This document shows, piece by piece, positions 37,875 through 48,425 of a DNA stretch of 64,000 bases; positions within the stretch are counted from its first letter, which is position 1; every line of letters begins with the position of its first letter. Location: positions 1 through 64,000 of the IMG/VR virus record IMGVR_UViG_3300037294_000399; one strand, given 5' to 3'. Source of the stretch: a virus. A program made the translations under genes and the position numbers. The notes under the pieces are model-generated. The model saw only the letters and a list, made by a program, of their open reading frames with translations. It was not told where the DNA came from and searched no databases.

Positions 37875-38461
37875 GAATAAAATTAGATGACCAAAATATA
37901 TGGTTTACTTCAGATTGTCACTTTTGTCATACAAATGTGATTAAGTATGATAACCGTCCATTTAATGATGTCGAAGAAATGAATGAAAAGTTAATACTTA
38001 ACTGGAATTCAGTTGTTGGTGAAAAAGATGTAGTGTTTTATTTAGGTGACCTATCATTCGATAGGGGTGGTGGGAACACTGAAAGAATAGTAAATGAATT
38101 GAACGGAAAGATTCATTACATACTTGGGAATCACGATGACGAAAGAGATATACGTAAATTAAATCGTTTTGAAAGTATTAGTGATTATATCAACTTATCA
38201 GTTAATGATTTGGATAACCCAAGAAAAAAACAAGGTATTGTTATGATGCACTACCCTATTTTATCGTGGGATAAAGCACACCATGGTGATTGGCATCTGC
38301 ATGGTCATTCCCATCAAAGTCTTGTTACTCAGAATCCAGAATACTACAAACGTAAAGTTTTAGATATGGGTTGTAATGGATGGGGTTATAAACCAGTTAG
38401 TTACAATGAAATAAAAACAATAATGAACATAAAAGAAATAGAAAGAATTGACCATCATTAA
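37871..38461 (+). CDS. Calcineurin-like metallophosphoesterase
   Basis: SDCHFCH, LGD, GNHD, HGHSH. Confidence 0.9.
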   Translation: MRIKLDDQNIWFTSDCHFCHTNVIKYDNRPFNDVEEMNEKLILNWNSVVGEKDVVFYLGDLSFDRGGGNTERIVNELNGKIHYILGNHDDERDIRKLNRFESISDYINLSVNDLDNPRKKQGIVMMHYPILSWDKAHHGDWHLHGHSHQSLVTQNPEYYKRKVLDMGCNGWGYKPVSYNEIKTIMNIKEIERIDHH

Positions 38462-38481
38462 TCAAATTTAAAAATAAAAAA

Positions 38482-39873
38482 ATGAGTGAAAATAAAAAAA
38501 AGAATACTGAAGTGACAAATTCAAATAAAAATCGTGAAACTAGACTACCTAAAAATTTAGAGGATTTAGTTAGAGGTTTACCAACAATGGATGTTGAAAC
38601 GATGAATGAAGTTGCTATTGCAATAGCGTTAAGTGAGGATGAAACTTTCGAAAACCCAAATGATTCATTTTCAAATCAAACATATGATAGTGATGAAGAA
38701 GATGATGAACCGTACTTAACTAATTCATACACTGAAGAAGTTAGTTTTATTGAGTTTGCAATTATCAACGCTTATTTACATTCAGTGATGAAGGGTAAAC
38801 AAAGTGGTATGGTTGTAAATAGTTACGGTACTAGTGATAATATTGGTAGAGTAGAGTTTGGGGGTAATTTTGAGGTTACAGGTTCTTACTGGTTCATTTG
38901 TAAATTAGAAGATGATGAGAATGATTATATCTTTCAAACAAAAATGTTTTTAGATGGTCGAAATGACTTAATCAATCAATTCCATTTAACTTCTAAAAAA
39001 GGTATTGAGTTCAATGATTTCGAAAAACTAATGAAGAAAATCAAAACCCTTGCGTTCAACGAGTCTGAATACAAAGGTAAATGTATCAAAGTTAAATTGA
39101 GAGAAGGTCGTTTCAAAGGTATTGAAATCATCGATATTAAAGCTGCCAGTAACGAACTTATCCTTAATGATGTTCAAATGAAATTCATAGAACACTTTAT
39201 ATCACGTGTGGCTAGAGGTGGTAATGCAAGATACTTACTTAATGGTGAACCAGGAACTGGAAAAACAGAATCGATTCGTGAGATTGCTAGAAAACTTATC
39301 CCTAACGTAACATTTGTTATACCAGACTTCGGTAACTCTGAAGACTTAACGTCAATCATGGAAGCATGTGAGATTTTTGAGAACGCTGTAATCATCATGG
39401 ATGATATTGACTTGTACTTAGGTTCAAGAGACAATGGTAGCTACACTCGTTTGTTAGGTCAATTCTTATCGTTCTTTGATGGGGTTAAGAAAAGAAAAAT
39501 TAGTTTATTGGCTTCTACCAATGACAAAGGTTTAGTTGATAAAGCGGCTGAAAGACCTGGACGTTTTAACTTCACGTTAGATTATAGTTTCTTAGATGAC
39601 GAACAAATAATCAAAGTATGTAACATTCACTTACCAGAGCAATGGAAGGTTCAAGAAGTATACGATGCACTTTCTGGTAAAATAAACGGTAAAAAAGTTA
39701 ACATTACAGGTGCTTTCATAGCAAACTTAGCTGATAACATCAAAGAGATGTCTGAGGATGATGCTGAATGGGGTATTGACGATACTGTTAGTTTAATTAA
39801 AGAATCATACAAAGGGTTTTACTCAAGCCAAGTGGAAAAAGAGAAACAAACAATGGGTTTCCAAGTTAAATAA
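38482..39873 (+). CDS. AAA+ ATPase
   Basis: GEPGTGKT, IIMDDID, STN, RPGRF. Confidence 0.9.
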   Translation: MSENKKKNTEVTNSNKNRETRLPKNLEDLVRGLPTMDVETMNEVAIAIALSEDETFENPNDSFSNQTYDSDEEDDEPYLTNSYTEEVSFIEFAIINAYLHSVMKGKQSGMVVNSYGTSDNIGRVEFGGNFEVTGSYWFICKLEDDENDYIFQTKMFLDGRNDLINQFHLTSKKGIEFNDFEKLMKKIKTLAFNESEYKGKCIKVKLREGRFKGIEIIDIKAASNELILNDVQMKFIEHFISRVARGGNARYLLNGEPGTGKTESIREIARKLIPNVTFVIPDFGNSEDLTSIMEACEIFENAVIIMDDIDLYLGSRDNGSYTRLLGQFLSFFDGVKKRKISLLASTNDKGLVDKAAERPGRFNFTLDYSFLDDEQIIKVCNIHLPEQWKVQEVYDALSGKINGKKVNITGAFIANLADNIKEMSEDDAEWGIDDTVSLIKESYKGFYSSQVEKEKQTMGFQVK

Positions 39874-39942
39874 AAAACGTCTCGATAATTTGTTTTATCG
39901 AGATTTTTTTTGTACCTTTGTACTATCAAAACAAACTCAAAT

Positions 39943-40011
39943 ATGGATATTAGAAAAAACATAGAACCAACAGATTTTGAAGTTGGGGTCATAATAGGGC
40001 GATTTATTTAA
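39943..40011 (+). pseudogene. Orphaned N-terminus of the NMNAT gene
   Basis: MDIRKNIEPTDFEVGVIIGRFI* parallels EVGVVVGRFQ at 40870. Confidence 0.85.
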
Positions 40012-40091
40012 TTTATTTCTTTTTGAAATAGGTTTTATTATAGGTTAGTTGATATTTATTATTAAATAACAATTAATAATTTTAAAATAAA

Positions 40092-40865
40092 ATGGAAAAT
40101 AAACCCGTAGTGTATAAAATCACAAATTTGATTAACAATAAAAAATATGTTGGTAGTGCTAAATCATTTATTAAACGTAAAAAAGACCATTTAAATAGAT
40201 TAAAAAATAATAAACACCATTCTAAAAAGTTACAAAATTCTTTTAACAAATATGGTGAAGACGCTTTTGAATTTAATATTTTAGAAGTTGTAGAAGATAT
40301 CAATCTATTAATTCAAACCGAACAAAAATGGATTGATGAATTAAAACCAGAGTATAATATGACATTAATCGCTGGATTAAATAGTCATTTAGGTATGAAA
40401 CGTTCAAATGAAACTAAAAAGAAAATTAGTGATGCTTTGACTGGTAGAAAATTGAGTGATGAACATAAAGAAAAAGTTAGGCAAACGCTAACTGGTAAAA
40501 AATTTAGTGAAGAACGTAAAGAAAAACACAAAAAGGCTTTAAATGAGTCGACAAAATTTAAAGAAATGTTAAAATCAAAAGAAAGAAACGAAAAAATTAA
40601 ACAAACTAGATTAAAAAACGGAGGGTACATCGTTACCTATGAAACAAAAAAATTAATAAGTGAAACGTTAAAAAAACAAAATCTACAATCAGCTATTAGT
40701 GTTGAAATAGAAAAATATAGTTTAGATGGTGGTTTTATTGAATCTTATCCGAGTATGCTCAAAGCTGAAAACGATAATAACATAGGTAGAGGTTGTTTGT
40801 ATTATAATTTGGTTAAAAATAAAAAAGAAGAGTATAAAGGATTTATTTGGAAATTTAAAAATTAA
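40092..40865 (+). CDS. GIY-YIG homing endonuclease
   Basis: VVYKITNLINNKKYVGS, NUMOD3 and NUMOD1-like motifs. Confidence 0.9.
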   Translation: MENKPVVYKITNLINNKKYVGSAKSFIKRKKDHLNRLKNNKHHSKKLQNSFNKYGEDAFEFNILEVVEDINLLIQTEQKWIDELKPEYNMTLIAGLNSHLGMKRSNETKKKISDALTGRKLSDEHKEKVRQTLTGKKFSEERKEKHKKALNESTKFKEMLKSKERNEKIKQTRLKNGGYIVTYETKKLISETLKKQNLQSAISVEIEKYSLDGGFIESYPSMLKAENDNNIGRGCLYYNLVKNKKEEYKGFIWKFKN

Positions 40866-40869
40866 TTAT

Positions 40870-41874
40870 ATGGAAATTAAAAACTATAAAGAAGAAATAA
40901 TTAAAAATGCAGAAGTTGGTGTTGTTGTGGGGAGATTTCAAACAAACCGATTACATACAGGACATATTGACTTGATTAGCCACGTCCTATCAAATCATAA
41001 AAAAACTGTACTTATCCTAGGTGTGTCTAGAGTACAAAACACCAAGAAAAACCCTTTGGATTTTGCTAGTCGTAAAGCTATGATTCAAAAATTGTTTCCT
41101 AGTTTAATGATTTTACCAGTAATGGACCAAAGATACGATGAGAAATGGAGTTCAGAAATTGATTCAGCTATTTCTATGCCGTTTGGTGAAAAGAAAACAG
41201 TTATCTATGGTAGCCGTGATTCATTTATTCCTCATTACAAAGGTAAGTTTCAAGTTATTGAGTTAGAAGCTATTCCTTACCATAACGCCACAAACATTAG
41301 AGCAGATATTGCTAAAGAAACTATTGACTCTACTGATTTTAGGTCTGGTGTTATCTACTCAGCATTCAATCAAAGACCAGTTTCTTATCCAACAGTTGAT
41401 ATCTGTGCATACAACGATGATGGTGAGATTCTTATGGGTAGAAAACCTAACGAGAAGTATTGGAGATTCGTTGGTGGGTTTGTTGACCCGACAGATGAAA
41501 GCTATGAAAAAGCAGCTTTGAGAGAGTTTCATGAAGAAACTGGTGGTAATTGTGTTATCAGCGACTTAAAATATATCTTAAGTCACAGAGTAAAAGATTG
41601 GAGATATGCCAAAGAAGAGTCTGGGATAATGACTACTTTATTCTTGGGGCGCAGAAATATGGGTTACGCAAAAGCTAGTGATGATATCGCAGATGTTAAA
41701 TGGTTTCCAATTAGGGAGTTCAGCAACTTTGATACTGTTAGAACTAAAGTAATGCCAGAACACCGTGAAATGATGTTAGCTTTGGTTAACAAAGTGTACA
41801 GCGAAAAACTTATACCAAATATTGGTGAAAGATTAGCTGAAAGAACTGATAATGTAACTTACATTGGTGAATAA
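40870..41874 (+). CDS. nadM: Bifunctional NMN adenylyltransferase / Nudix hydrolase
   Basis: GRFQ..HTGH, NPL, NATNIR; Nudix box GGFVD...ALREFHEETG. Confidence 0.9.
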   Translation: MEIKNYKEEIIKNAEVGVVVGRFQTNRLHTGHIDLISHVLSNHKKTVLILGVSRVQNTKKNPLDFASRKAMIQKLFPSLMILPVMDQRYDEKWSSEIDSAISMPFGEKKTVIYGSRDSFIPHYKGKFQVIELEAIPYHNATNIRADIAKETIDSTDFRSGVIYSAFNQRPVSYPTVDICAYNDDGEILMGRKPNEKYWRFVGGFVDPTDESYEKAALREFHEETGGNCVISDLKYILSHRVKDWRYAKEESGIMTTLFLGRRNMGYAKASDDIADVKWFPIREFSNFDTVRTKVMPEHREMMLALVNKVYSEKLIPNIGERLAERTDNVTYIGE

Positions 41875-41894
41875 TATTAAATAAAAATAAAAAT

Positions 41895-42329
41895 ATGGGT
41901 TTACAAAAAAAAGTAATTGAAAAATTAGAAACTGCAATAGAAAACAAAGATTGGGTGTCTATTGAAGATATTCAAAAGTATCTTAGCAAAGCATTAACAA
42001 AACCGAACAACTTGATTTTGTGTTCAGATGCTTACAAATATTCACATCACAGATTCTATGGTGGTGAAATGACCAAGATGGTATCTTACTTGGAATCAAG
42101 AGGTGGTAAATTCTCTGAGACAGTATTCTACGGATTACAAATCTTCTTAAAACAATACTTAGAAGGTGTTGCCATTACGAAAGAAGAAGTTGATGAAGCA
42201 TTTGACTATTTAGGTACAAAGCACGGTGTGTTTGGCCGTGACGATGTATTCGATAGAACAAAATTCGATTATATTATCGAGATGTATGATGGTAAATTAC
42301 CTATCAGCCTAAAAGCAGTTCCAGAAGGT
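41895..42329 (+). CDS. nadV: Nicotinamide phosphoribosyltransferase, exon 1
   Basis: SDAYKYSH, FYGLQ, KAVPEG. Confidence 0.9.
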
Positions 42330-43299
42330 TAACAAATGTAGCCATTCATACTAGTAATAGTATGTCTAAAGAAATCTAATTGCTGGGAACCCCTTAGAGC
42401 CTTTAACACTACAACGTAGATAGCAATATCAAGCGTGAATGTTTGAAAAGATAAAGGATTGGGAAATCAGCAGCGAAGTTTCTAAATTTAATTTCAATTA
42501 ATTAGTGCGTTTTTAAAAGTTTATGATATTTATTAATAAACGCATTAATCATGAGAGAGTATAAAAAAGGGAAAGAATCACCATTGTTTAAAGATTTAAC
42601 TGGTGAAAAGTTTGGTAAATTAACAGCTAAAAACTACATTTACGATGACACAAAGAAATATAAAAAACATATGTGGATTTGTGATTGTGATTGTGGTAAT
42701 GAAGCTAAAGTTAGAACCAATGAATTAACAAAGGGTGAAAGAACACAGTGTAAACAATGTTCAATCAATGAAGTATCAAAAACTAGAACAAGACCAGATA
42801 ATGGTGCATTAATAACAAGAGTTATTAAACAGTATAAAGCTGGTGCTAAAAGAAGAGGTTATGAATTCTTATTAACAGATGAAAAACTAAAGGAATTAAT
42901 TTTTTCAAATTGTTATTATTGTGGTGAAGAACCAAAAATAAATAAGGGTGAAGAACGTTATTTTAGAGGTGGTTTAGAGTTTAAAAGAAATGGAATTGAT
43001 AGATTGAATAATAAAATTGGTTATACAAATGAAAATGTTGTTACTTGTTGTGAAACATGTAATAGAGCTAAAATGTGTTTAGAGCATGATGATTTTTTAA
43101 CCCTTATTAATAAAATATACTTAAATTTAGAAAAACGTTCAACGACTATCCCACAAGGGAGTACAGAACAAGCTAATGGTTCTGGAAATGGTTTTGACCC
43201 TAGTAAATAGGGTTTTGATATAGTCTAGTCTTTATCTAAAGATAAAGCAGTTCGTAAGAGAACGTATTCAACTGTTGCGAGTTGAGTAGAATGTAAACG
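42330..43299 (+). mobile_element. Group I intron in NAMPT carrying an HNH ORF
   Basis: 5' exon ends in U; P aattgctgggaa, Q aatcagcagc, R gttcaacgactat, S gatatagtctag; terminal G 43299; splicing restores AVPEG|SVVGTKNVLF. Confidence 0.92.
42551..43210 (+). CDS. Intron-encoded HNH endonuclease
   Basis: DLTGEKFGKL, CDCG, NGIDRLNN..GY...NVVTCCETCN. Confidence 0.88.
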   Translation: MREYKKGKESPLFKDLTGEKFGKLTAKNYIYDDTKKYKKHMWICDCDCGNEAKVRTNELTKGERTQCKQCSINEVSKTRTRPDNGALITRVIKQYKAGAKRRGYEFLLTDEKLKELIFSNCYYCGEEPKINKGEERYFRGGLEFKRNGIDRLNNKIGYTNENVVTCCETCNRAKMCLEHDDFLTLINKIYLNLEKRSTTIPQGSTEQANGSGNGFDPSK

Positions 43300-44418
43300 T
43301 CAGTAGTTGGAACTAAAAATGTTTTGTTCGTTATCGAATCTTTAGATGAGAACTGCGCATGGTTAACCAATTTTTTAGAAACTATCTTGTTGCAAGTATG
43401 GTATCCAATTACGGTTGCTACACTTTCAAGAGAAGTTCGTAAAATCGTAGATGCTAGTTTTCAAAAAAACACATCATATGATACTGGGTTAAGAGAGTTT
43501 CTGGTTGATTACGTGTTGAATGACTTCGGTTTCCGTGGTGTATCGTCTGTACAATCAGCTGGTATTGGTGGGTCTGCTCACTTGGTAAACTTTAGAGGTT
43601 CTGATACAATCATGGCATCTAAATACATCAGAGATTACTACAATACAGAAACAGTTTATGGGTTATCTATCCCAGCAACTGAACACTCTATCATGACACT
43701 TAAAGGTGAAGAAGGTGAATTGGAAATGATGAAACGAGTACTTACAACATTCCCTACTGGGTTAGTTGCGTGTGTATCTGATTCATACAATATCTTTCGT
43801 GCATGTTCTGAGTATTGGGGAACTGAATTGAGAGACTTAGTACTATCTCGCCCATCAGAACCAGGAAATCAACTAGTTATCCGTCCAGATTCTGGTGACG
43901 TGTTAATGACATTGAAAGAAATTTTCACTATATTATTCGACAAATTCGGTTACACAGTAAACGATAAGGGTTATAAAGTGTTACCACCACAAGTTCGTGT
44001 GATTCAAGGTGATGGTGTTAATCTAGATTCAATTAAAGAAATCTACGCATTGTTAGAGGAAGAAAAAATATCACCAGAAAACTTAGCTTTAGGTATGGGT
44101 GGTAAATTATTACAAGCAGTGGACCGAGACACATGTGCATTTGCTACCAAAGCTTGTACAGCCGTAGTTGACGGTGTTGAAGTTGAAGTACAGAAAAATC
44201 CTACCGAAATGGACGAGAATGGGAATTTAACAAAAAGTTTCAAAAAGTCTAAAAAGGGTAGATTGAAGTTGGTAAAAACTGATAACGGTTATATTACTTT
44301 AACTTCTAAAGATGAAGGATTCGAAGAAGCTAAGGATGAACTCGTAGAGGTTTTCCGCATGGGAGATATTCTTAAAGAGTGGTCTTTTGAGGAAATCCGT
44401 GAGAGAGCCAAAATTTAA
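43300..44418 (+). CDS. nadV: Nicotinamide phosphoribosyltransferase, exon 2
   Basis: DFGFRG, PATEHS, VSDSY, IRPDSG, QGDG, KKSKKG. Confidence 0.92.
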   Translation, partial: SVVGTKNVLFVIESLDENCAWLTNFLETILLQVWYPITVATLSREVRKIVDASFQKNTSYDTGLREFLVDYVLNDFGFRGVSSVQSAGIGGSAHLVNFRGSDTIMASKYIRDYYNTETVYGLSIPATEHSIMTLKGEEGELEMMKRVLTTFPTGLVACVSDSYNIFRACSEYWGTELRDLVLSRPSEPGNQLVIRPDSGDVLMTLKEIFTILFDKFGYTVNDKGYKVLPPQVRVIQGDGVNLDSIKEIYALLEEEKISPENLALGMGGKLLQAVDRDTCAFATKACTAVVDGVEVEVQKNPTEMDENGNLTKSFKKSKKGRLKLVKTDNGYITLTSKDEGFEEAKDELVEVFRMGDILKEWSFEEIRERAKI

Positions 44419-44433
44419 CTAATAAAAGCCATT

Positions 44434-45345
44434 CTATAGAATGGCTTTTATGTTTTTTAATATATCATCTTCATCATGTTTGATACTAATTAGGTTAATC
44501 TTTTTGAAACTACAATAATCAAGTTTTATCTTATCTTTCTTTTGTCGGTCCTTTAAACCCAATACACCACCCCATTGTTGTATAGTTTCAAAGTGTTGTC
44601 TACCTTGATATTCAATACATGTATTATATTTTGGTAAATAGAAATCGAATGGTAATGGTCTTTTATCTCTACAATCTGGAAATCTGTGTTGTGGTGTAAA
44701 TTCAATATCATTTTCAAGTAACCATTCTAAAATTTTTTCTTCACCTTTGGATATTATACATAATGGACATCTAGTACCACTTTTATGGTTCGATGGTAAT
44801 TGTTCAAAATCACCATGTTTAGAACAGATAATAGTAACCTTGGTCCTATTATCAACATAATTTACTTTAGAGTAATCATATTTGTTTCCGTGAACCAATT
44901 TAGCTTTTTTAATAAAAGTATCTGTATCGTCACTAAAATCGTTTGAAACCTTATCTAATGAACATTGTTTACAACCACTACCATTTAAATGATTAGTGGC
45001 TTTTTGTGTAAATTCACCATGCAACGGACATTCTATAGTAATACAATTTAATGCACCAATATAATTTATGTTACTATAATTGTAAAAAAAACCATGAATT
45101 TTTTCAGCTTTTTCAATAAATTTATTTCTAGTTGTTTTTGTGCTATTTCTACCACATGAATAGCATCCGTAACCCTTTAAGTGACCATTTGGTGTTTGTT
45201 CAAATTCTCCATGAATAGGACATATAATGATTACTTTAATATTTCTATTGGTATAGTTAACTTTAGTGTAATCATATTTATCACTATGTAGAATAGTTGC
45301 CTCAATAACAAACTCAGCTGTTGTTTTACGTTTCTCAGCACCCAT
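44434..45345 (-). CDS. Homing endonuclease (DUF723-like repeats plus Vsr/DUF559-like nuclease)
   Basis: Paralog of 29334..30251; LPFDFYLP...IEYQGRQH. Confidence 0.85.
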   Translation of the reverse strand: MGAEKRKTTAEFVIEATILHSDKYDYTKVNYTNRNIKVIIICPIHGEFEQTPNGHLKGYGCYSCGRNSTKTTRNKFIEKAEKIHGFFYNYSNINYIGALNCITIECPLHGEFTQKATNHLNGSGCKQCSLDKVSNDFSDDTDTFIKKAKLVHGNKYDYSKVNYVDNRTKVTIICSKHGDFEQLPSNHKSGTRCPLCIISKGEEKILEWLLENDIEFTPQHRFPDCRDKRPLPFDFYLPKYNTCIEYQGRQHFETIQQWGGVLGLKDRQKKDKIKLDYCSFKKINLISIKHDEDDILKNIKAIL

Positions 45346-45497
45346 TATTTAAGAGAATTAAAATGTTGTTCTAATAACCAGTTAATTAATTTAGATTTAT
45401 TGATTTTTTCATCAGACATTAATTCATAATTATCTTTTGAAATAGATAACGATATTTTTGTTTTTTTATCTTCTTGTGGTTTTATTTTTCTTCCCAT
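45345..45497 (-). CDS. Small ribbon-helix-helix-like protein
   Basis: KISLSIS...INKSKLINWLL; stop overlaps HEG start. Confidence 0.6.
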   Translation of the reverse strand: MGRKIKPQEDKKTKISLSISKDNYELMSDEKINKSKLINWLLEQHFNSLK

Positions 45498-45567
45498 GAT
45501 ATTTTATTTAAGTATTTGTTATACTAATAAATATCTAGAAATAATATAAAAGTCATAAAATTATGAA

Positions 45568-45705
45568 TTATTTTAATTTTTTATCTTCATAGTGTTTGGT
45601 TAATAACTCATCGATAAGTTTAGAACGATTATAATTACCCTCATCTATTTTTTTAATTAGGTTTTTATCTATGGCTACACCAATAATTTTATTTTCTTGT
45701 TTCAT
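45568..45705 (-). CDS. Small ribbon-helix-helix-like protein
   Basis: KIIGVAID...NRSKLIDELL. Confidence 0.55.
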   Translation of the reverse strand: MKQENKIIGVAIDKNLIKKIDEGNYNRSKLIDELLTKHYEDKKLK

Positions 45706-45778
45706 AATCTTTTTATATAAATATATGTTTTTTATTGATATTGTAAATTAAATGTTGTATCTTTGTAAAAAATATAAT

Positions 45779-46087
45779 ATGATAAAATTAAGTGATACAC
45801 AAAACTTTGCAACCAAAGCATGTTATGCCATTGTAAATGGTGAAGAAAAGAACATAATCAAGTCACCAACTGAAATGGACGCTAACGGTAACATTACAAA
45901 ATCATTTAAGAAATCAAAACAAGGTTTGCTTAAATTGGTTAAGAATGAAGATGGTACCTTTAGAACAGTAACTTCAATGGATACTGAGTTCAACAATGTT
46001 ACAGACGAGTTGGTAGAAGTATTTAGAAACGGTATAATCACTAAAGAATGGACATTCGAAGAAGTGAGAGAACGAGCAAAACTTTAA
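45779..46087 (+). pseudogene. Orphaned alternative C-terminus of NAMPT
   Basis: DTQNFATKAC...KSFKKSKQG...EEVRERAKL parallels the last ~97 aa of 43300..44418. Confidence 0.88.
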
Positions 46088-46089
46088 TT

Positions 46090-46584
46090 ATGGGAACAAA
46101 AAACGTTACAATAACAGACGAGTTTGTGTTCTTTTGGAATGGGGTTTACAGTCAATGGCATCCATCAAAGTTTGTAATTGCTGGAATCACTTACACTAGT
46201 TGCGAACAATACATGATGGCACAAAAAGCTTTATATTTCAAAGATATGGAAGTATATGAAACTATCATGGTTTCTAACAACCCAAAAGAACAAAAAGCTT
46301 TGGGTCGTAGTGTTAAAAATTTTGACACTAAGCGTTGGAATGAAGTATGTAGAGAATTTGTTTATCAAGGTAACTTGGCCAAGTTTACACAAAATTATAA
46401 CTTTAAATCGACACTATTAGCGACTGAAGATAAAGAAATTGTTGAAGCAAGTCCCTACGATAAAATATGGGGAATTGGAATGGGTATTGAGCACCGAAAT
46501 ATTGAAGATAAGAGCAAATGGGAAGGTCTTAATTGGTTAGGTGAAGCTATTATGCGAGTAAGAGAAACTTTAAAACAAAAATAA
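46090..46584 (+). CDS. NADAR family protein
   Basis: SQW, EQYMMAQKA, LGRSV, KFTQN, VEASPYDKIWGIG, GLNWLG. Confidence 0.92.
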   Translation: MGTKNVTITDEFVFFWNGVYSQWHPSKFVIAGITYTSCEQYMMAQKALYFKDMEVYETIMVSNNPKEQKALGRSVKNFDTKRWNEVCREFVYQGNLAKFTQNYNFKSTLLATEDKEIVEASPYDKIWGIGMGIEHRNIEDKSKWEGLNWLGEAIMRVRETLKQK

Positions 46585-46586
46585 AT

Positions 46587-47036
46587 ATGATAAAATACAT
46601 TGATGGTGACTTAGTTAAAGATGCCGAATTATTTGATGTGGTTGCACACTGTTGTAACTGCTTCTGTAGTATGGGTGCTGGTATAGCCCCACAAATCAAA
46701 AATAAATTTCCAGAAGCTTACGAGGTTGATTGTGAAACAATAAAAGGTGGTAAAAGTAAGTTAGGTACAATTACCTATACCGAAAACACGACACCTATAA
46801 TTGTTAATTTGTATGGTCAATATGACTATACTGTAAGACGAAATGGCCAAATGGATTTAGATTATGATGCTTTACGTTCTGCGTTAAGAGAAATGAAAAA
46901 CCAATTTACGGGGTTACTTTTTGGTATGCCACTTATTGGTTGTGGGCTTGCTGGGGGTGATTGGGATGTGATTGAGGCAATCATTGAAGAAGAACTAGAA
47001 GGTGAAAGAGTGATTGTGGTAAATTACGTTCCCTAA
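46587..47036 (+). CDS. Macrodomain (ADP-ribose processing) protein
   Basis: GDL, HCCNC..MGAGIA, PLIGCGLAGGDW. Confidence 0.92.
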   Translation: MIKYIDGDLVKDAELFDVVAHCCNCFCSMGAGIAPQIKNKFPEAYEVDCETIKGGKSKLGTITYTENTTPIIVNLYGQYDYTVRRNGQMDLDYDALRSALREMKNQFTGLLFGMPLIGCGLAGGDWDVIEAIIEEELEGERVIVVNYVP

Positions 47037-47146
47037 TTTATTTCACTAAAACATTTGATTTATGTAAATTTTTTAGTACCTTTGTAATATAAAAGTAATG
47101 TTCTTAGATATTAAAGATAAAATAATAAGTTTTTCGGACAAATAAT

Positions 47147-47590
47147 ATGAGTATAATAAAATCAATAAATGTAAATCATTTTGGGTATATGGTTTCTAAA
47201 AACTGGGATAGAACTTTTTGGGCGTTTGATATCCATGGCACCATACTTAAACCTAATTACGAATATGGTAACACTCCAGATGAGTTTTACCCTATGGCAA
47301 AAGAAACCTTGCAATTAATTAGCAAGTTGCCAGATGTTGTTATGTTTTTATATACATGTTCTCACCCACATGAAGTCAATGAGTATTTAGCTTTATTCAA
47401 AGCTAACGATATTCTATTCAAGTATGTCAACGATAATCCAGAGGTGCCTACTCAACCAGATGGTTATGGGAACTACGATAAAAAACCTTATATGAATGTT
47501 TTGTTTGAAGACAAAGCTGGTTTTGACCCAATCACTGATTGGTCAGAGGTTTATGATTTATTAACTAAACACTATGGCGAGTTTAAATAA
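47147..47590 (+). CDS. HAD-like protein
   Basis: FDIHGT, KPY...EDKAGF. Confidence 0.7.
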   Translation: MSIIKSINVNHFGYMVSKNWDRTFWAFDIHGTILKPNYEYGNTPDEFYPMAKETLQLISKLPDVVMFLYTCSHPHEVNEYLALFKANDILFKYVNDNPEVPTQPDGYGNYDKKPYMNVLFEDKAGFDPITDWSEVYDLLTKHYGEFK

Positions 47591-47945
47591 CCCTTACAAT
47601 TTATCTTTCGATGATAGTCGAAAAGATTATATAAAAATAAAAACGGTTAATGATGAAACTGTTTTGATGTCAGCAGATGATTTGAAAGCTATTATGGTTG
47701 ATTACCTAAAGACAGAAATAGATTTTTTCGTTGATGGTATCACTGAACAAGATAAAATAAAATTCAAAGACCGTTTAGATTTTAAGCTAAAGCAAATCGA
47801 AAATGATATATTAAGACACATTGATGATAAGATAAATTGTATTACTGAAAAAATAATTTCAAATTGTACCACTAGAATCATTGAAGGTGAAGTTGACCGA
47901 AGAATTAACGAAAAATTAAAAATTAAATACGATGTTAGAATTTAA
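47574..47945 (+). CDS. Hypothetical protein
   Basis: 123 aa ORF. Confidence 0.6.
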   Translation: MASLNNPYNLSFDDSRKDYIKIKTVNDETVLMSADDLKAIMVDYLKTEIDFFVDGITEQDKIKFKDRLDFKLKQIENDILRHIDDKINCITEKIISNCTTRIIEGEVDRRINEKLKIKYDVRI

Positions 47946-48122
47946 AACCCCAATACCAGTAATTGTTGAAGAAGACAAAGAAGGTTATGCTATTTATGTC
48001 GCTAATGGTGGAACATTTGAAAACGATATCTGGTGTGTGGTTTTATGTGATGGTGGTATTGTTAGACATTATCTTAGTAACCAAATTAAAATTTATAAGA
48101 ACTTAACCTTTAAGATTACAAA

Positions 48123-48425
48123 ATGAAAAAATTAATTATATTATTTGCGTTTTTTACGCTATTATTAATAACTGGATGTGCTGATGTTTCACAAATCCAA
48201 TATATGAATCCTAGTGAGCATGTATATGGCTTTTGGGGTGGTACATGGCATGGTATGATTACGATACCTTCATTTATCGGTAGTCTTATCTGGAATGATG
48301 TAGCTATCTATGCTGTTAATAATAACGGTGGGTGGTATGATTTCGGTTTCATCGGTGGGTTTTATTTAATAGTTAAAGTTATCAAAACCATGATTCTTGG
48401 GGTTAAATCGGCTGTTCAGAAGTAA
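48123..48425 (+). CDS. Membrane lipoprotein
   Basis: Lipobox ITGC; GFWGGTWHG...WYDFGF. Confidence 0.7.
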   Translation: MKKLIILFAFFTLLLITGCADVSQIQYMNPSEHVYGFWGGTWHGMITIPSFIGSLIWNDVAIYAVNNNGGWYDFGFIGGFYLIVKVIKTMILGVKSAVQK

